From Patescibacteria group bacterium (lineage in GTDB: Bacteria > Patescibacteriota > UBA1384 > XYA2-FULL-43-10 > 1-14-0-10-43-13), in the NCBI GenBank assembly GCA_041671645.1, contig JBAZBD010000001.1, positions 799,234-863,233 on the forward strand: a DNA stretch of 64,000 nucleotides, given 5' to 3'. The translations under genes and the position numbers were made by a program. Shown piece after piece: positions 10,301 through 25,300 of this stretch. The notes beneath the pieces were generated by a model. The model had not been told where the DNA came from, ran no database searches, and saw nothing but the letters and a program-made list of their open reading frames with translations. The stretch's first letter is position 1; the number at the start of each line of letters is the position of its first letter.

Positions 10301-13300
10301 TTAGATCCAGCGACCGTCTGACCTCCGATGCCATTCAAGGTAATCGTTGATGTGCCAGGATCTACCGTCATGCCAGTGAAATCAATATTCCCGCCGATTG
10401 ATACTGATGACGACTCAAGGTTCAATACGTTGGTGTCGTCAGTCGAACCAGTGTATCTAAAGATTCCATTTGTGAATTCATGAGTACCAGAGCCAAGATT
10501 TGCTGTTCCAACGCCATATACGGGATAGGCAAGATAAAGATTTCTTGCAGTTAGATTGTTGTCAACAGCATTTAACGTTGTCCTCTTGCCAGTAGTTATA
10601 GAATAGGCGTAGATGTCACGAGTCGTCGTCACATCAGATGACAGAGTGATCGCGACATCGTTTGTCACACCGGAATAAGCGACTGACCCTTGGCCGAAGT
10701 TTTGGCCAGCGACCGTGACGTCAGATGATGGTCGATAAACAAGGAAAGTCGAAGCAGTAAAATTTGCGCCTGTGTTGACGACGGCATCGCCGTCTGACTT
10801 GTACATCCTGAACGCATATCTGTTGTCACCGTTCAATGTACCACCCGCGTAAGTGTAGAGAACATTTGAGGTAGTGACCGATGAAATCGCGTTGGTAGTA
10901 TTGCCGTTGTGCGCCAACTTCAGATTATAGAAATCATAGGGAGCCGCAGCATAACCTTTTGATTGCAACGTTCCAGTCCCGGTCAAGTCAACAGTTGAAG
11001 TGCCAGGGGTGACAGTGATATTGCTCGTATCCCAATTCCCGCCAACATTGATCGTTCCTGATCCAAGATCAAGCTTATTGCCGATATTTGAAGCATTGCC
11101 ATGCGAAAGACTGCCGGCAATATTTGTTGTGCCGGATCCTAACTTCAAATAGCCAGGGATTGTAGCGTACTCGTTGGTAGAGGTCGAGCCAATAGTCAAA
11201 TTTTTGCACGTTAGATTGTGCGTACTCATATCGACGTAGCCGGCTGGAGTGGTCGTTCTATCTTTTGCGACTATGACATTGCTGTTGCCAAAGTTGAAAT
11301 TGCCAGTTGCCGTAAGAATCCCTGTCGGATCTTGTTGGAATGAAAAGGTTGTAGCAAAATTACTTGGCAATGTTATCGCCTTCTGTGTCATATCAGCAAT
11401 TTGTGGATATATTGCAAGGACTCCCAGTCTTGAATCAGCAGTCAAGTTGTTCACTGTCACGCTGTCGTTGCTCCTAGAGTACACGATGACAGCTTTGCCA
11501 ATACCCATTAGCGTCCCAGGGCCTACTGTGAACGCGCCAGCAGAGCCAGAACCCAAGCCCACAGAGACACCGGCGGTCATAGTAGAAGTAATCCCGGAGC
11601 CCGCCGCAACCAGGCTACCAAAAGTATTATGCATATCAGGGTTGGCAATATTCCCGCTAGACGACTGGGTCCATACGCCGGTAGAGGCGAGAACGCCGAC
11701 TTTGTTTGCAATAATTATGTCACCAGCAATATTAACCGACTTTCCACCGTCAACTAATGTTCCGGCGTTTGCAGTCAATGATTGGGCCGACACATTATCT
11801 TGGAAAGTCCACCCTGCAGTAAGCGTATGATTCGCAAGCAAAGAGATATTATTATTTAGCAAAGTCACATTCGGGTCGATAACCGCATCAACACCGTTGA
11901 AGATAAGATTTCCAAGTACTTGACCATTTGTCGTAATCGTCTTGCCGGTCGTTGTCGGATTGAAGTTGATAGTGCTAGTACCTTCGTTGAACACTGCGGT
12001 TGGATCGGCGGTCATGGTTAAGGAGCCAGCGATATTTAAGGTTTGAGCATTTGCGGTGAATGTGCCGGCGTTAAGAGTAAAGTCGCCATCATCGTTCAAA
12101 GTAGTATTTGCCGAAATTGTCCCGCTGTAGCCGGTGTTGACTGATAGTGATTTGATGTGACTCGTAAAGCTAGCATCAAGCGTCGAATCTTTGGTTGATG
12201 TAGCGTCGAAAATAACATCGCAAGTTGCGCTTGGGATAATATTTGCCGTCCAGTTATCAGCACTTGACCAATTGTCATCCGCTGCTTGGCCGTCCCAGAC
12301 GCAAGTGTTGTTGGCGGCGAACGACACAGAGATTGAATGAGTTGCAGTTACATTTGTAAATGTATATGACGATGGTAAAGTGCCACTGATTGCGCTGCCA
12401 TCGACGACAACATTTGAGATATAATAGCCGTCGCTAGGCGTGATCGTGTACTCCGGGCTAGTCCCATAATTGGCTAAATTATCTCCGAGAGGAGAGATAG
12501 CCCCGTTACTGCCAGCACTTGAGCTAATAGTGTATGTCTTCAAGGTGAATGTGGCGGTGATGGTCTTGTCAGCAGTAATATTTGTTAGTGCCGCACTACC
12601 TGTGCCAGCGGCATCGCCGCTCCAACCAGTAAAGTCAGAAGATACAGCAGGCGTAGCAGCAACTGTCAAATTAGCGCCGTAAGTCACTACTTGTGTCGAT
12701 TGATCGAGATCACCGGTACCATTGCCAGCCTTGCTGATGGTGACTGTGTAACTTCTGATTGTAAATGTGGCCGTAATTGTCTTGTTAGCTGTGATGTTGG
12801 TGAAAGATGCGTCCCCTGTGCCAGTTGCGTCGCCAGACCAACCAGCGAAGGTAGAAGAAGCCGCTGGTGTGGCCACAACCGTTAGATTGGCGCCATAATT
12901 TACTGTTTGGGTTGCCTGATCCAGATCACCCATGCCAGTACCAGTTGTGTTGATAGTAATAGTATAAGTCTTGATTGTAAATGTGGCCGTAATTGTCTTG
13001 TTAGCTGTGATGTTAGTGAAAGATGCGTCCCCTGTGCCAGTTGCGTCGCCAGACCAACCAGTAAAGGTTGAAGAGATGTCAGCTGTCGCGACAACAGTCA
13101 AATTTGCGCCATAATTGACATCTTGGGTTACTTGGTCCAGATCACCCGTGCCAGTACCGGCTTCGTTGATGGTGATAGTGTAGGTTTTGATTGTGAAGAC
13201 CGCAGTAATGGATCTGTCTGCTGAAACATCAGTCAGATAGCAGATGTTGGTAGCGACTGTATCGCAACCAGTCCAGGAAACAAAGTCCGAGGAGGCTGCA

Positions 13301-16300
13301 GCGGTCGCAGTGGTAGTAACGTCTGCGCCAGCGTCAACAATCTGGGTCACCTGGTCGAGACTGCCCGAACCGCTACCGTCAGAGCTGATTGTCACAGAGA
13401 AGTTGTCTAGCGTTGTAGTATTGTTGGTCGCGCCGAAATCAGTTGCAACATTGTCGCCATTTCTAGCTTTGATCTTATAAATATAATTGGTATTTTTGGT
13501 GAGACCAGTATTCGCAAAACCTGAATCTCCGCCCCAGTCAGCGTAGAGCTGCCAGTCCTCTGAGACCTGGGTCGTACCATCAGCGTTTTTGACATAATTC
13601 CAAGTGCTTCCAGCATCAGCTGAAACGGCAATCGCGTATCGTGTATTTGCATTTGGATTGCCATTCTTGTCAACGGTGATTCTAATGCGAGATGACGACA
13701 ATGTTGTGACCGTAGGCTGGCCAGGAACCGCAGCCAAAGTATAGACGGTATCAGAGTTTGAATCTTGGCTACCGCCGCCGTTGTAGACATTTACGTGACG
13801 AGTGTAACCAGTGTTGGCCGAGAGAGGAGTCTCGTTGTAAGAAGTCGAGCCGGCATCGAGATTTCCAGAAAGGCTAGTGTGGGCAGAGTCCTCAACTTTG
13901 TAACCAGTTTCTTCACTGGTAATATCGCTCCAAGTCCAATTGATCTGCGTTGTCGAAGCGGCTGAGCCAGCAAAATCATCAGGAGATTCGACGCCACAAT
14001 TAGAAGTCTCAAAGCTTGATGGCGCGGCGTATGGGCCGGTACCGTTTGCAGTTGAAGTAGCAGAAGCTTTCCAATAATAGGTAGTGGTGTTTGAGAGTCC
14101 AGTAATCTGCTTGCTGGTCGTCGCTGTTGTCAATGTGCCAATGTTGGTTGCCGCCGTATCAGTACCATAAGAAACCGTATAGCTGTCTGCGCCAGTAGCG
14201 GCTGTCCAGGTCGTGGTAGCTTTGGTAGTACAAATATTCGTTATGTTCAATGCTGTTGGAGCGGCTGGAGGAGTGACATCAGCAACTGAGGTCGAGGTGT
14301 AAATAGTTTCAACATTATCGCCATTCTTGGCCTTCACCTTCATCCAATATTGAGTATTGGCAGCAAGATCAACGTTGTCTTTGTCTTTCTTGAATAGATA
14401 AGTCGTTTCAGTCTGCCAGGCCATCGCATTTGGATCGTAGAAATTGCCAGCACCGGCGCCATCATTGGTCGAGTATTGAATATAATAGTTTGTCCCTGCT
14501 GGATTGGCGCTCGCATTAATAGTAGTATCCAGATGCCAAAGGTCTGCGTCAGAATAGTCCCCTGCGACAGTGGTGAAAGTCGGGACATTGGCCAGAGTAT
14601 ATTTGGGCGCCGCATATGCCGGAGCAGAATCACCGCCGGAATTGGTCGCTACTACCTTGGCACAATATTGAGTATTAACTGATTTACTGGCGATAGCCTG
14701 GCTGACTGCATCAGCCGACGTCGTAGTATCTGGTGTACCAGAATATGAAGCGGCAGAACAATCTGCGTTGCCGTCAGCAGTATAGACCTTGTAGCCAGTC
14801 TCGATCGAAGAATTGTCCGTCCAAGTCACATTAAACGTAGTCGACGAAGTCGGAGTAATAGTGACTCCCGTTGCGCTGGCCGGTGCGTCAAGAGCAAAAC
14901 TAGCAGTCACTGCGATATCACCTGCTACGTTTGAGTCAGTTCGAGCCGCGGTCATGACATCATCAGACCAGGAGACGAAGTGGTAATTGGCGGCAGGAGT
15001 AGCGGTAACTTGGGAGCCATTCGCACCGTAATTGACTGTTTGAGGCGTGGAACCAACGACTGAGCCATTGGCGCCAGCAGAGTAAGTAAGAGTGTGAGTA
15101 TCGATGGCAAAACTAGCAGTCACTGATTTATCGGTGATCACATTGGTTTCCGTTCTCGCTGCAGTTAGAACACCATCAGACCATGAAGTGAAGTGGTAAT
15201 TAGCAGCAGGGGTAGCGGTAACTTCTGACCCGTTCGCGCCATAGTCAACTGTTTGAGGAGTTATGCCAACTATAGAGCCGCCCGAACCGGCCGAGTAAGT
15301 CAAGACGAATGCGCTAGGGCCGCCATCAGTAATTGTCCAAGTGTGAGCACTAACTAGATGAGCTCGGCCGTCAGCCGCCGCTCCAAGAGTATACTTTTTA
15401 GTTGCAGCACCAAGAGTCACGTTGCTCTTCACTGCCTGTGCCGACCAGCCAATCAAAATATTACTATAATTAGCGTTAGAAAGTGCCGAGCTACTAAACA
15501 TATTTGTCATATCCGTCACATTAACCACATTCCAGCTGGCCAAGTTTTGGTTGAAGGCTGCCGCGGAGTAGAACATTTGATTCATATTAGTCACAGCGCC
15601 AGTATTCCAATTGCTGATGTTTTGGTTGAAGGCACTGTTGTTCCAGAACATTTCACGCATAGTGGTCACAGAGCCGGTATTCCAACTGCTGATGTTTTGG
15701 TTGAACGCCCAAGCAGACTCAAACATATAGGCCATATTAATCACGTTAGTTGTATTCCAACTACCGATGTTTTGATTAAATACAAAGGCGTTGTAGAACA
15801 TGGCGTACATACTGGTCACGGCACCAGTATTCCAGCTACTAATGTCTTGATTGAAAAGAGAGGAAGACTCGAACATGCAGTACATATCTGTTACGGCTGA
15901 CATATCCCAGCTATTCATCGAGGGTACAGTGTCAATACCGCTATCTCTAAAGGAATTTTTCATTGTTGTCGTACCAGTCGTATTCAAGACATCGGTGGCG
16001 GTGATTTTAAGATTCTTCGTGCCGGAAAAATAACCGTCGGAGTTACCCAGTCGGAGTGGACCGAATTGACTGATTTGAGAAAGCTTTAACTTGTCACCAG
16101 CGTTGTTAAATCTGAATCCAGTAATTGTCCCACCAATTTTGAGATCATAAATACCGCCGCTGGCGTAGGTGTGAGTGGTTTCAGCTTGGTTCCAGGTAGT
16201 GATGGTACTAGTGGAGCTGTCACCCCAGTCAACGATAAAGTTGTAGGTGCCAGTGGATTCTAGGGGCAGATGAATTTGGGTTGCCGTACTGGAACCGCTT

Positions 16301-19300
16301 GAAGTCTTGCTGGTATCCCACCTGGAGAGGAATTGGAGGGCAAAGTTGGCCGTGACGGTGATATCAACGGTGACATTGGTGTCGGTGCGGGCGGCAGTAG
16401 TATTGGCATCTGACCAGTCTACGAAATAATAGCCAGCTGCTGGGGTAGCGGTAACTTGTGAACCGTTGGCACCGTAGTCAACAGTCTGTGGCGATGTACC
16501 AACAACTGAACCATTCGATCCAGCGTTGTAGGTCAAGGTGTAGGTGTTGATAGCAAATGTAGCCGTAACTGAAATATTATCAGCAACATTGAGATCAGTT
16601 CGAGCCGCGGTCATGACATCATCAGACCAAGATACGAAATGGTAGTTAGCAGCAGGAGTAGCGGTAACTTCTGAGCCGCTTGAGCCATGGTCAACAGTCT
16701 GGGGGGTGGTACCGACAATCGAGCCATTGGCGCCAGCAGAGTAAGTAAGAGTGTGGGTGTCGATGGCAAAACTAGCAGTCACTGCGATATCACCTGCTAC
16801 GTTTGAGTCAGTACGAGCAGCAGTCATGACGTCATCAGACCAAGATACGAAATGGTAGTTCGCAGCAGGAGTAGCGGTAACTTCTGAGCCGCTAGCGCCG
16901 TGATCAATGGTCTGAGGGGTGGTACCGACAATCGAGCCATTGGCGCCAGCAGAGTAAGCCAAAGTATGAGTGTCGATTGCGAAACTAGCCGTTGTCGTAA
17001 TGTTGGCCGTGACGTTGGTATCCGTTCGGACTGGATTAGTAGAGTCATTGTCTGACCATTTGACAAAATGGTAATTGGCGGCAGGAGTGGCAACAACTTC
17101 TGAGCCGCTTGACCCATGGTCAACAGTCTGAGGAGAGCTGCCGATAACTGATCCGTTGGCGCCAGAGTTATAGGTAAGGGTGTAGACGGCCAAGGTTGAT
17201 TGGTCGGCAGTAGCAGAATAAGCAGTCGCAACACTATCGCCATTTGTAGCGGCCACGGAGAAAGTATATAGGGTGTTGGCGGTCAGACCGGTCACGGTCT
17301 TGCTCGAACCCCAGGTCGCATAAGCTTGCCAGACAGCTGAATCGCCGAGTGTGCTGTTGGCTTGAACATATTTCGTCGTAGCGCCGTAGACTACTTTGAT
17401 GGCATAAGTCGTATTGGATGGATTGGAGTTTTGGGCAATCAGGACTGGAATAGTAGTCGAAGTGACTGTACCAAAAGTTGGAGTGCCAGGTACATTAGCC
17501 AAAGTATACTTGGCAGCAGTAGAGCTAAATGCTGTTTCGGTATTGTCACCATTTCTAGCTTTGACTTTGTAGGTGTATTGAACATTTGGACTCAAGGAAA
17601 CATTGTCAAATCCAGAAGCACCACCCCAGGCGGCATAGTTTTGCCAGTCTTCAGAAGCTTGATTGGTGCCGTCTGCATGTTTGACATAATTCCAAGTACT
17701 TCCGCCATCAGCTGAGACAGCGATAGCATAAGTAGTAGAAGAGTTGTCAGTAAGTTTGATATTGATGACGCTAGCAGATGAAGCAGCTAGGGTTGGAGCG
17801 TCAGGGGCGGCGGCAAGGGTGTATTTGGGCGCAGCATATGCTGGAGCAGAATCGCCAATTGCATTGGTGGCGATCACCTTGGCACAATATTGAGTATTGA
17901 TTGATTTACTCGTAATAGCTTGGCTAATAGCGCCAGCGGCAGTCGTATAATCAGGAGTGCCAGAGTAACTGGCGGCCGAACAATCAGCATTGCCAGCGGC
18001 AGTATAGACCTTGAAGCCGGTCTCGTTGCTGGAAGCGTCAGTCCAAGTCACTGTAAATCCAGTGGTAGTCAGCGTCCCAATGGCAACTGTGTTTGGCTCC
18101 GTTGGGGCAACGTCGACTGTGGTCTGAGCAGTTCCGCTAGATAGAGCGGTCTCAACATTGTCTCCGTTCTTGGCTTTAACTTTATAGGTATATTCTGTGT
18201 TGGCGGTGAGGCCAGTATTGGTAACTCCAGAAGCGCCACCCCAGGTAGTATAATCTTGCCAGACAGCAGAAGTATCTGAAGAACCGTCCGCCTGGACATA
18301 TTTGCTCAGAGTATCATTGTAAACGGCATAATTGGTGCCGGCTGGGTTGGAATTCTGGTTAATTTTGACGGTTAGAGAGCTCGAGGAAGTGGCGTCTACT
18401 GTCGGAGCAGAAGGTACATTAGCCAAAGTATACTTGGCAGCAGTAGAGCTAAATGCTGTTTCGGTATTGTCACCATTTCTAGCTTTGACTTTGTAGGTGT
18501 ATTGAACATTTGGACTCAAGGAAACATTGTCAAATCCAGAAGCACCACCCCAGGCGGCATAGTTTTGCCAGTCTTCAGAAGCTTGATTGGTGCCGTCTGC
18601 ATGTTTGACATAATTCCAAGTACTTCCGCCATCAGCTGAGACAGCGATAGCATAAGTAGTAGAAGAGTTGTCAGTAAGTTTGATATTGATGACGCTAGCA
18701 GATGAAGCAGCTAGGGTTGGAGCGTCAGGGGCGGCGGCAAGGGTGTATTTGGAAATCGAGTCGGTAGCTGCTGTGGTCTCTCCGTCTCCGTTTCTAGCCT
18801 GAGCGGTGTAGGAATACTGAGTATTTGGCGAAAGGCCAGTATTGGTAAGGGTATTGTTGTTGGTATTCCAAGAAGCAAAACCCGTGCCAGTTCCGGCAGA
18901 TTTAGTAATGTAGAGGCCAGATGAGCCAACGGACAAGTTGGTAAATGTGCCGGTAGCAGAGACTTGGATCGAATCAGTAGCTATCGTCCCGAAGGTGATA
19001 CCGGAAGCGGCCTCGATAGAGGAGTAGGCAGAAGCAGTAGAGGAAGCCTGGCCCAAAACTCCGTTGTAAGCACGGACGTAATTTGTATATTGAGTATTGG
19101 CTGAGAGTGAACCTTGATCATACGCCGAAGCGGATGGGCTCCCAACGTCTGAATCATCGGAGCTCTTTAGAAGTCTGTAGCTAGAGGCACCTGCGACATC
19201 AGCCCAATCCCAAGATATTTGAGAAGCGGTGTTGGCGGTGTGAGTCAAGCTTGCAGGCTGTGCCGGAGCGGAAGTAGCAGTGCCAGCAGAAGAGGCAGAA

Positions 19301-22300
19301 GTTTCGGTGGTGTCACCGTTTCGAGCCAGCGCTTTGACGGAATACAACGTGTTTGAGGTAAGATTTTTCAGGTAATTGACTGTGCCAGTTTCCCAATTTA
19401 CCTTGGTCTTCCAAACCTTTGATGCGCCGCAAGTGCCATCGCCCTGTAGCCATGAGTCTGGAGTTGCGTTGCAGGAAAGAGCAAACTCAGTCCCGGCTGG
19501 ATTTGAGTTGACATTGATTACCGCGGCCATATTATTTCCGCTGGCTGCGCTCCAATCGTAAGCAGTGACAGTGGGGGCATCTGGCGTATTAGCCAAAGTA
19601 TATTTCGGTGCAGCAAAGGCTGGATCAGAATCCCCGTCTGCATTGGTAGCGATCACTTTGGCGCAATATTGAGTATTGATAGTTTTGCCCGTAATGGCCT
19701 GGCTGGTAGCATCTGCGGCAGTGGTATAGTCTGGGGTGCCAGAATACGAAGCGGCGGAACAATCAGCGTTACCAGCGGCAGTGAAGACTTTGAATCCGGT
19801 CTCGTCGCTGGAATTATCAGTCCAAGTAACGGTAAATAAAGTAGAGTCAATCGAAGTGATCGCCACAGTGCTAGCCGCATTTGGCGGAGCCGAAGCGAAC
19901 CAGTTTACATTATTACCGGCGCTCGTAACGTTTGAACCTGAGTTATCGGTATAGATCGCAGTCGCGTTTGCATTTATCGAATCTTTCACTGAAGCATAAG
20001 AGATTGCTCTTGTGCTCTGAGGATCTATAGACCATGTAGAGCCATCAGAGGAAGAATTTAGAGAGATAACTCGACCAGAAGCTCCAGAAACCGTCAGCGC
20101 ACCTGCGATTGTTTGAGTTTTACTTGCCTCAAATTTCAAGGTTTTTGTTGTTGTCGCCCCAGGCTGTATTGTCACAGCGCTAAAAGTGGTATCGCCTGAA
20201 ATATCCTGGATGGAGCTATCTCCTCCATTGAAGACGACCGTGCCAGAATTGTGGGTGAAAGTACCAGCAGTGTGAGTGAAATCATTCGCAACGCTCATAG
20301 TGGTTGACGGAGCAGCGAAGGTACCGTCAGTTTGGATAAAACTACCCACAGTAACTGCATTTGCGCCAGAAGTGAAAGTGCCAGAGGAAACCGTTAGATT
20401 GTTCGAGGCGACAAGAGCGTCAGAAAGCGTAATTGATCCTGTCCCGCCCTGGCTCAAAACAATTTTTTTGTATGCATAGCCAGTAAAGTCACCAAGAGAA
20501 TACGGCGCTAGTCCTGTGTTTATCGTTGCAGCAACAACATTGGTTGATCCATTTATTTTGGAAACTGAATTTGCGCTGGAATTAGTAACCCAGACAAAAC
20601 CGCTTGCATCCACCGCAACACCGCAAGGAGCGCTTCCAACTGTGACTGTCGCAGCTACAGCATTTGTGGCTGTATTTATCTTGGTTACAGTATTTGTACC
20701 TAAATTTGAGACCCAAACAAAGCCGTTGGCATCAGCCGCAACGCCAAATGCATTCGTCCCCGCAGAAACAGTCGCTACAACTGTGTTTGTTGTTGGATTG
20801 ATTTTCGAAACATCACTTGTGCCATAATTCGGAACCCAGACAAAACCATTCAGATCAACTGCGACACCAGCAGGCTGTGTACCGACCGTAATAGTTGCCA
20901 CAACTGTGTCAGTCGTAGCATTGATTTTTGAAACTGTATTGCTATTAAAGTTTGCAACCCAGACAAAACCACTTGAATCGGCGGCGATTCCATAAGCACG
21001 CGCACCGACGTTCACTGTTGCTGCAATTGCATTTGTTGTCGGATTTATCTTGTACGCTACATTGTTCGTACCGCTAGCTACCCAAACAAACCCATTAGAA
21101 TCTATGGCCACGCCATAGGGATCAGAACCAATCGTAATCGAAGCATCTACGCTATTAGTGGAAGCATTAATTTTTGTTAAAGTACCGTTTGATCTGTTGG
21201 TTTGCCAAATAAACCCAGAATTATCAACAGCCACGCCAAATTCGGCCGCTCCGATTGTATGTGTAGTCACTGCGTTTGAAGATGTATCAATTTTTGTCGT
21301 CGTGGTTGCGCCAGAATTTGCAATCCACGCATAAGGAGTTGAAATCGTACCGGCCTGACCAGCCACAGTAATATTGTAAAAATCGTTGCTATTGCTAGCG
21401 ACTGTAGCAGCTGCTGTACCGTTGAAGTTTACCGTTGAAGTCCCTTTGGTGAATGTGCCACCAGTATTATTCCAGCTTCCACCAATATTTATTGTGTAAT
21501 TTCCCGCACTTAGAGTTCCCTCAGCAAGATTCAACGCTCCATCATCATTCAAATCCGCGCCGAGAGTAACCGTATCCGTGTAGCCAGTATTGATAGAGAG
21601 AGATTTGATGTGAGCAGTGAAACCGCTATCGAGAGTTGACGCCTTGGTCGAGGTGGAGTCAAAGACGACATCGCAAGCAGCATCAGGTACAGTATCAAGA
21701 GTCCAGTTCTCAGCTGTACTCCAATTGTTCCCTGTACCGCCGCCATCCCAAACACAACCAGGCAAAACGTCCCAATTGGTCACATTCACACCCTTGGTCC
21801 AGTTGGTCGGGCTTATTGGATTGGCCGCGTTATTCTTCGAATTTGAGACTGAAACATAGTCGACAGTCCACTGATTATCCATGCTCGTGCTTGGAGTGAT
21901 TTCCCATTGTGCACCAGTACCGTTGCGTTGAAGTGTTAACAAATTATCAGCGATACCGGTAGCGGTCCACTGGCCAGTCACAGTCTGATTCGTGCCTGGA
22001 TTGAAGCTGATCGTCCGAGCAGTCGAAGTCGTCATTGTAAAATTGTAAAATTCAGTCGAGCCGCCAACGACTTGGGCCAAGCTCGCAGAATTGAGCTCTA
22101 CGGTACCGTAGTTGTTGCTGAAAGTACCTCCGTCCCGAATAAAATCACCACTAACTTTCATGGTGCCGTTTGGAGCTGAAAAAGTACCAGTGTCCTGAGC
22201 AAAGTGTTTTGTCTCTACGTTGTAGCCATAAGCATTGAATGTATTCGCGAGCGTAATATTCAGCGAATGCTCGACAAGTAAAGTGTCCTGAGTCACGACT

Positions 22301-25300
22301 GTACCGTTAGCAGAGTTTGCAGATAATTGGTAGAACTGGTTGCTGCCGCATTTAACATAGTATGTGTTGGCAGAGTTGATATTGTTGATCCATACCGCGC
22401 CGTCGTTATTCACAAACGTACCACCGCCAGACATGTCGAAGAGGAAGTCAGTGGCAACATCATTGGCGTCAAGTGTTAGGACCTGGGCAGGCGCGTTAAA
22501 TGTACCGCCATAGAGATAAAAATTGTAACTTTTAATTGTAACGGTGGCTGTGTTGCTGTTGAAGGTGCCCGAGATAATAGTAGTAGAATAACCGTTCAAG
22601 ACCAAGGTTGAAGAATTGGAATTAAAAGTGCCGCCGTTTAAGTATAGTCCGCCTACTGTCACAGTGCCTGTACCAGCATTGAAAACAGCACCAGACTCAA
22701 CATAGAAGCTGCCCATGTCGCTAGAAGTAAATGTGGCAGTGGCATTGATTGTACCGTAAATATATGCGCCAGAAGAACCAACACTTGCACCTGGGGTATA
22801 AACTTTTGAAGCCGGGATATGAAGAGAATAACTAGTCGAGAGTACATTGGAACCATCGACACTGAACAAGATTTTTCCATTCGCGTCAGAACAATTATCA
22901 GCAGTCGCAAGAATAGTATTGGTCATCGGGCCAGAGTCTTCATAGGTGAGAGAAACCAGGTAAGAGTAAAGCGACAAGCCCGTGATGTCGCTAGAGCCGG
23001 CCGCAACAGTCACAATATTACCAGCTGAATAATTGCCATCTTCGAAGAAAATTGTAATAACTGTTCCGGCGGTAACACCGCCGGCGACGAAATCAAAAGC
23101 GCCATTCCCATCGGTTGCCATTGTCTGTTTTGCACCACCATTAACCGAGGCAGAAACATTTTGCCCAGAGCCAACATTCCCCTGCCCAATTCCCTGATAT
23201 GCAGTACCCGAGATATGACTGCCGAGCCAGTTGGTATTATTACTACCAGATGCAGTTGAGTTGGTCGGTGCGATTGGTCGAGAATTTAGATTGTTTGAAT
23301 CAGAATAAGTAACACGATCGACTGTCCAAGGCGACATCCCACTGGTGTTCGCATTTATCTTCCATTGGCCCGAGCCTGCAGTGCCGTTGAGCTTCATGAC
23401 AATGTTATTCCCAGCCGCGCCCTGTATTGTGAGCGCTCCAGAAATAGTCTGGGTTGAGTCTGCTGCAAAAGATAATGTCTTGCCAGCAGTGGCACAAGTA
23501 AAGCTAGAAGGAGCGTTGTCGCCAGAGATCACCGATTCTTGAGCAGTATCAAATGTCACGACATAAGGCGAGAAAGTGCCGCCAGCCGTCGTAGTCAGAT
23601 TGCGTCCGATTGTAATATCGCTACCTGAGAAATAAGCGCCTGAGCTGATAGCCGCATCGCGCCCAACAACAACTGCATAAGACGGCGATAAATAGCCGTT
23701 CGTCACAGAAAAGTCATTCGATACCGTAAAGCCAGCACTATAACCTACTGTCCCATCACCAGTGTTTGCGTAAATATAATTATAGATAGGCGGAACGTTT
23801 GTAAACGTATATGGATTGTAACTGCTATTAGCAGGAATTGAGCCAATTTTGAAAGTACCATTGGCGTTATTGAAAGTACCGCCAGAGATATTCCAAGTAT
23901 AATCACTATAATATCCGTTTGAGTCAGTTGTAATAGTCAATGTGCCCGAAGTAGATGTAAATGTACCACCGCTCATCGCAAATGATGCGTTTAGCATAGT
24001 AATCGTAGCAGTGTCACCATTAAATGTAGCACCGGTGCTAACCGTAATTTGATAATTTGATAAGGTCAAATTTGAAGTGTTAGCATTGAAAGTACCGCCA
24101 GAGAAAGTAGGAGTAGCCAAGATGTGAGTACCGCTACCAGCATTGAACTCGCCGCCAGCCTGATAAAATGAGCTGGAAAGAGTGAGGTTATTGGCTTCCA
24201 TCTCAACAATGCCATCGTTATACATACCATAGGCGTTTACATTGCCGCCAGGAGTAAACATCGTATACTGAGTGACATAAAGATCATACATAGTACTGAG
24301 AGTCGAACCAGAGACCGAGAAATCAGAGAAACAGCCGCAGTCATCAGCAATCGCTAAATCTGCGTTTGTAATAGCCCCTGCGGTATAGTCACTGTAAAGA
24401 GTGGTCTTGTATCGATACATATTGAGACCAGTTTTGTCTATGGCGGATTCAGGCAAATAGACGATACTGCCGGAATTGTAGCTCGGATCATTATCAATAA
24501 AGATGGTGACTGGTTTGCCAGCAACAAGCTCGACCCCGCTAAAGGAAAAAGTACCACCGGAGCCAGTGACGCCCGACATCTTTCCGCCACCGTTTGAGGT
24601 AATGGAAATCGGGATATCAGCGCCCAAAACGCTGCCGCCGATACCATCGTAAATTGTGCCGGAAATCGTATTGCCGCCAGAATATGTAACTGTTAATTTT
24701 GGATCGAGTGCCGTACCATCATTTTCTGCAAAGTAGCCATAGAAGTAGACACTATCATAATCGGCATTTATGGTTGGCTGACTATCTGCAGCATCAGCAG
24801 TGATTCTAAGACCAAGCTTCGTAACACCAGATGTACTAATAGCTGCTAGACCGCTTGCATTCATCGCGAAATCGTTGTATCCCATATCGTTGTAACTGGC
24901 GTACGGAATCGCAGATGCAAATGCAGTTGTTCCGAAAGTGTCGTAATCCGATGCTTGAAGCGAAGTGTTGCTAGAAGGGTTCGAGGAATACAGACCCAAA
25001 CTCGAATTCCAACCCGAAGGGTCACCCATCTTGTATGCGCCATATACGGAAAAATTGGCAGCTGAGATAGTCGCGGTGTTTGGGATGCTAGAAGTATCAA
25101 AGAGAAACGCACTTCTTGAGACGTAAGCCCAAGCAGCGTTGTTGCCAGCGGCGATTGCGGCCATATCACCGCTTGTTCCGTCATCAGCAGCGCTATATCC
25201 GCCAGACCTTATGGAAGCCCAGTCCCAATTGCTCCTACTGCTGTAAGTGTACCCATCAACAGACGTGACTTCAGTATGAGTATTTGGATAATAAATAACA

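Noticed and set aside
12600-19700. Regularly spaced DNA repeats that could be mistaken for a CRISPR array or satellite.
   Set aside because: The periods (216 bp, about 300 bp, 924 bp) correspond to protein domain repeats within an open reading frame. There are no short conserved direct repeats with unique spacers.
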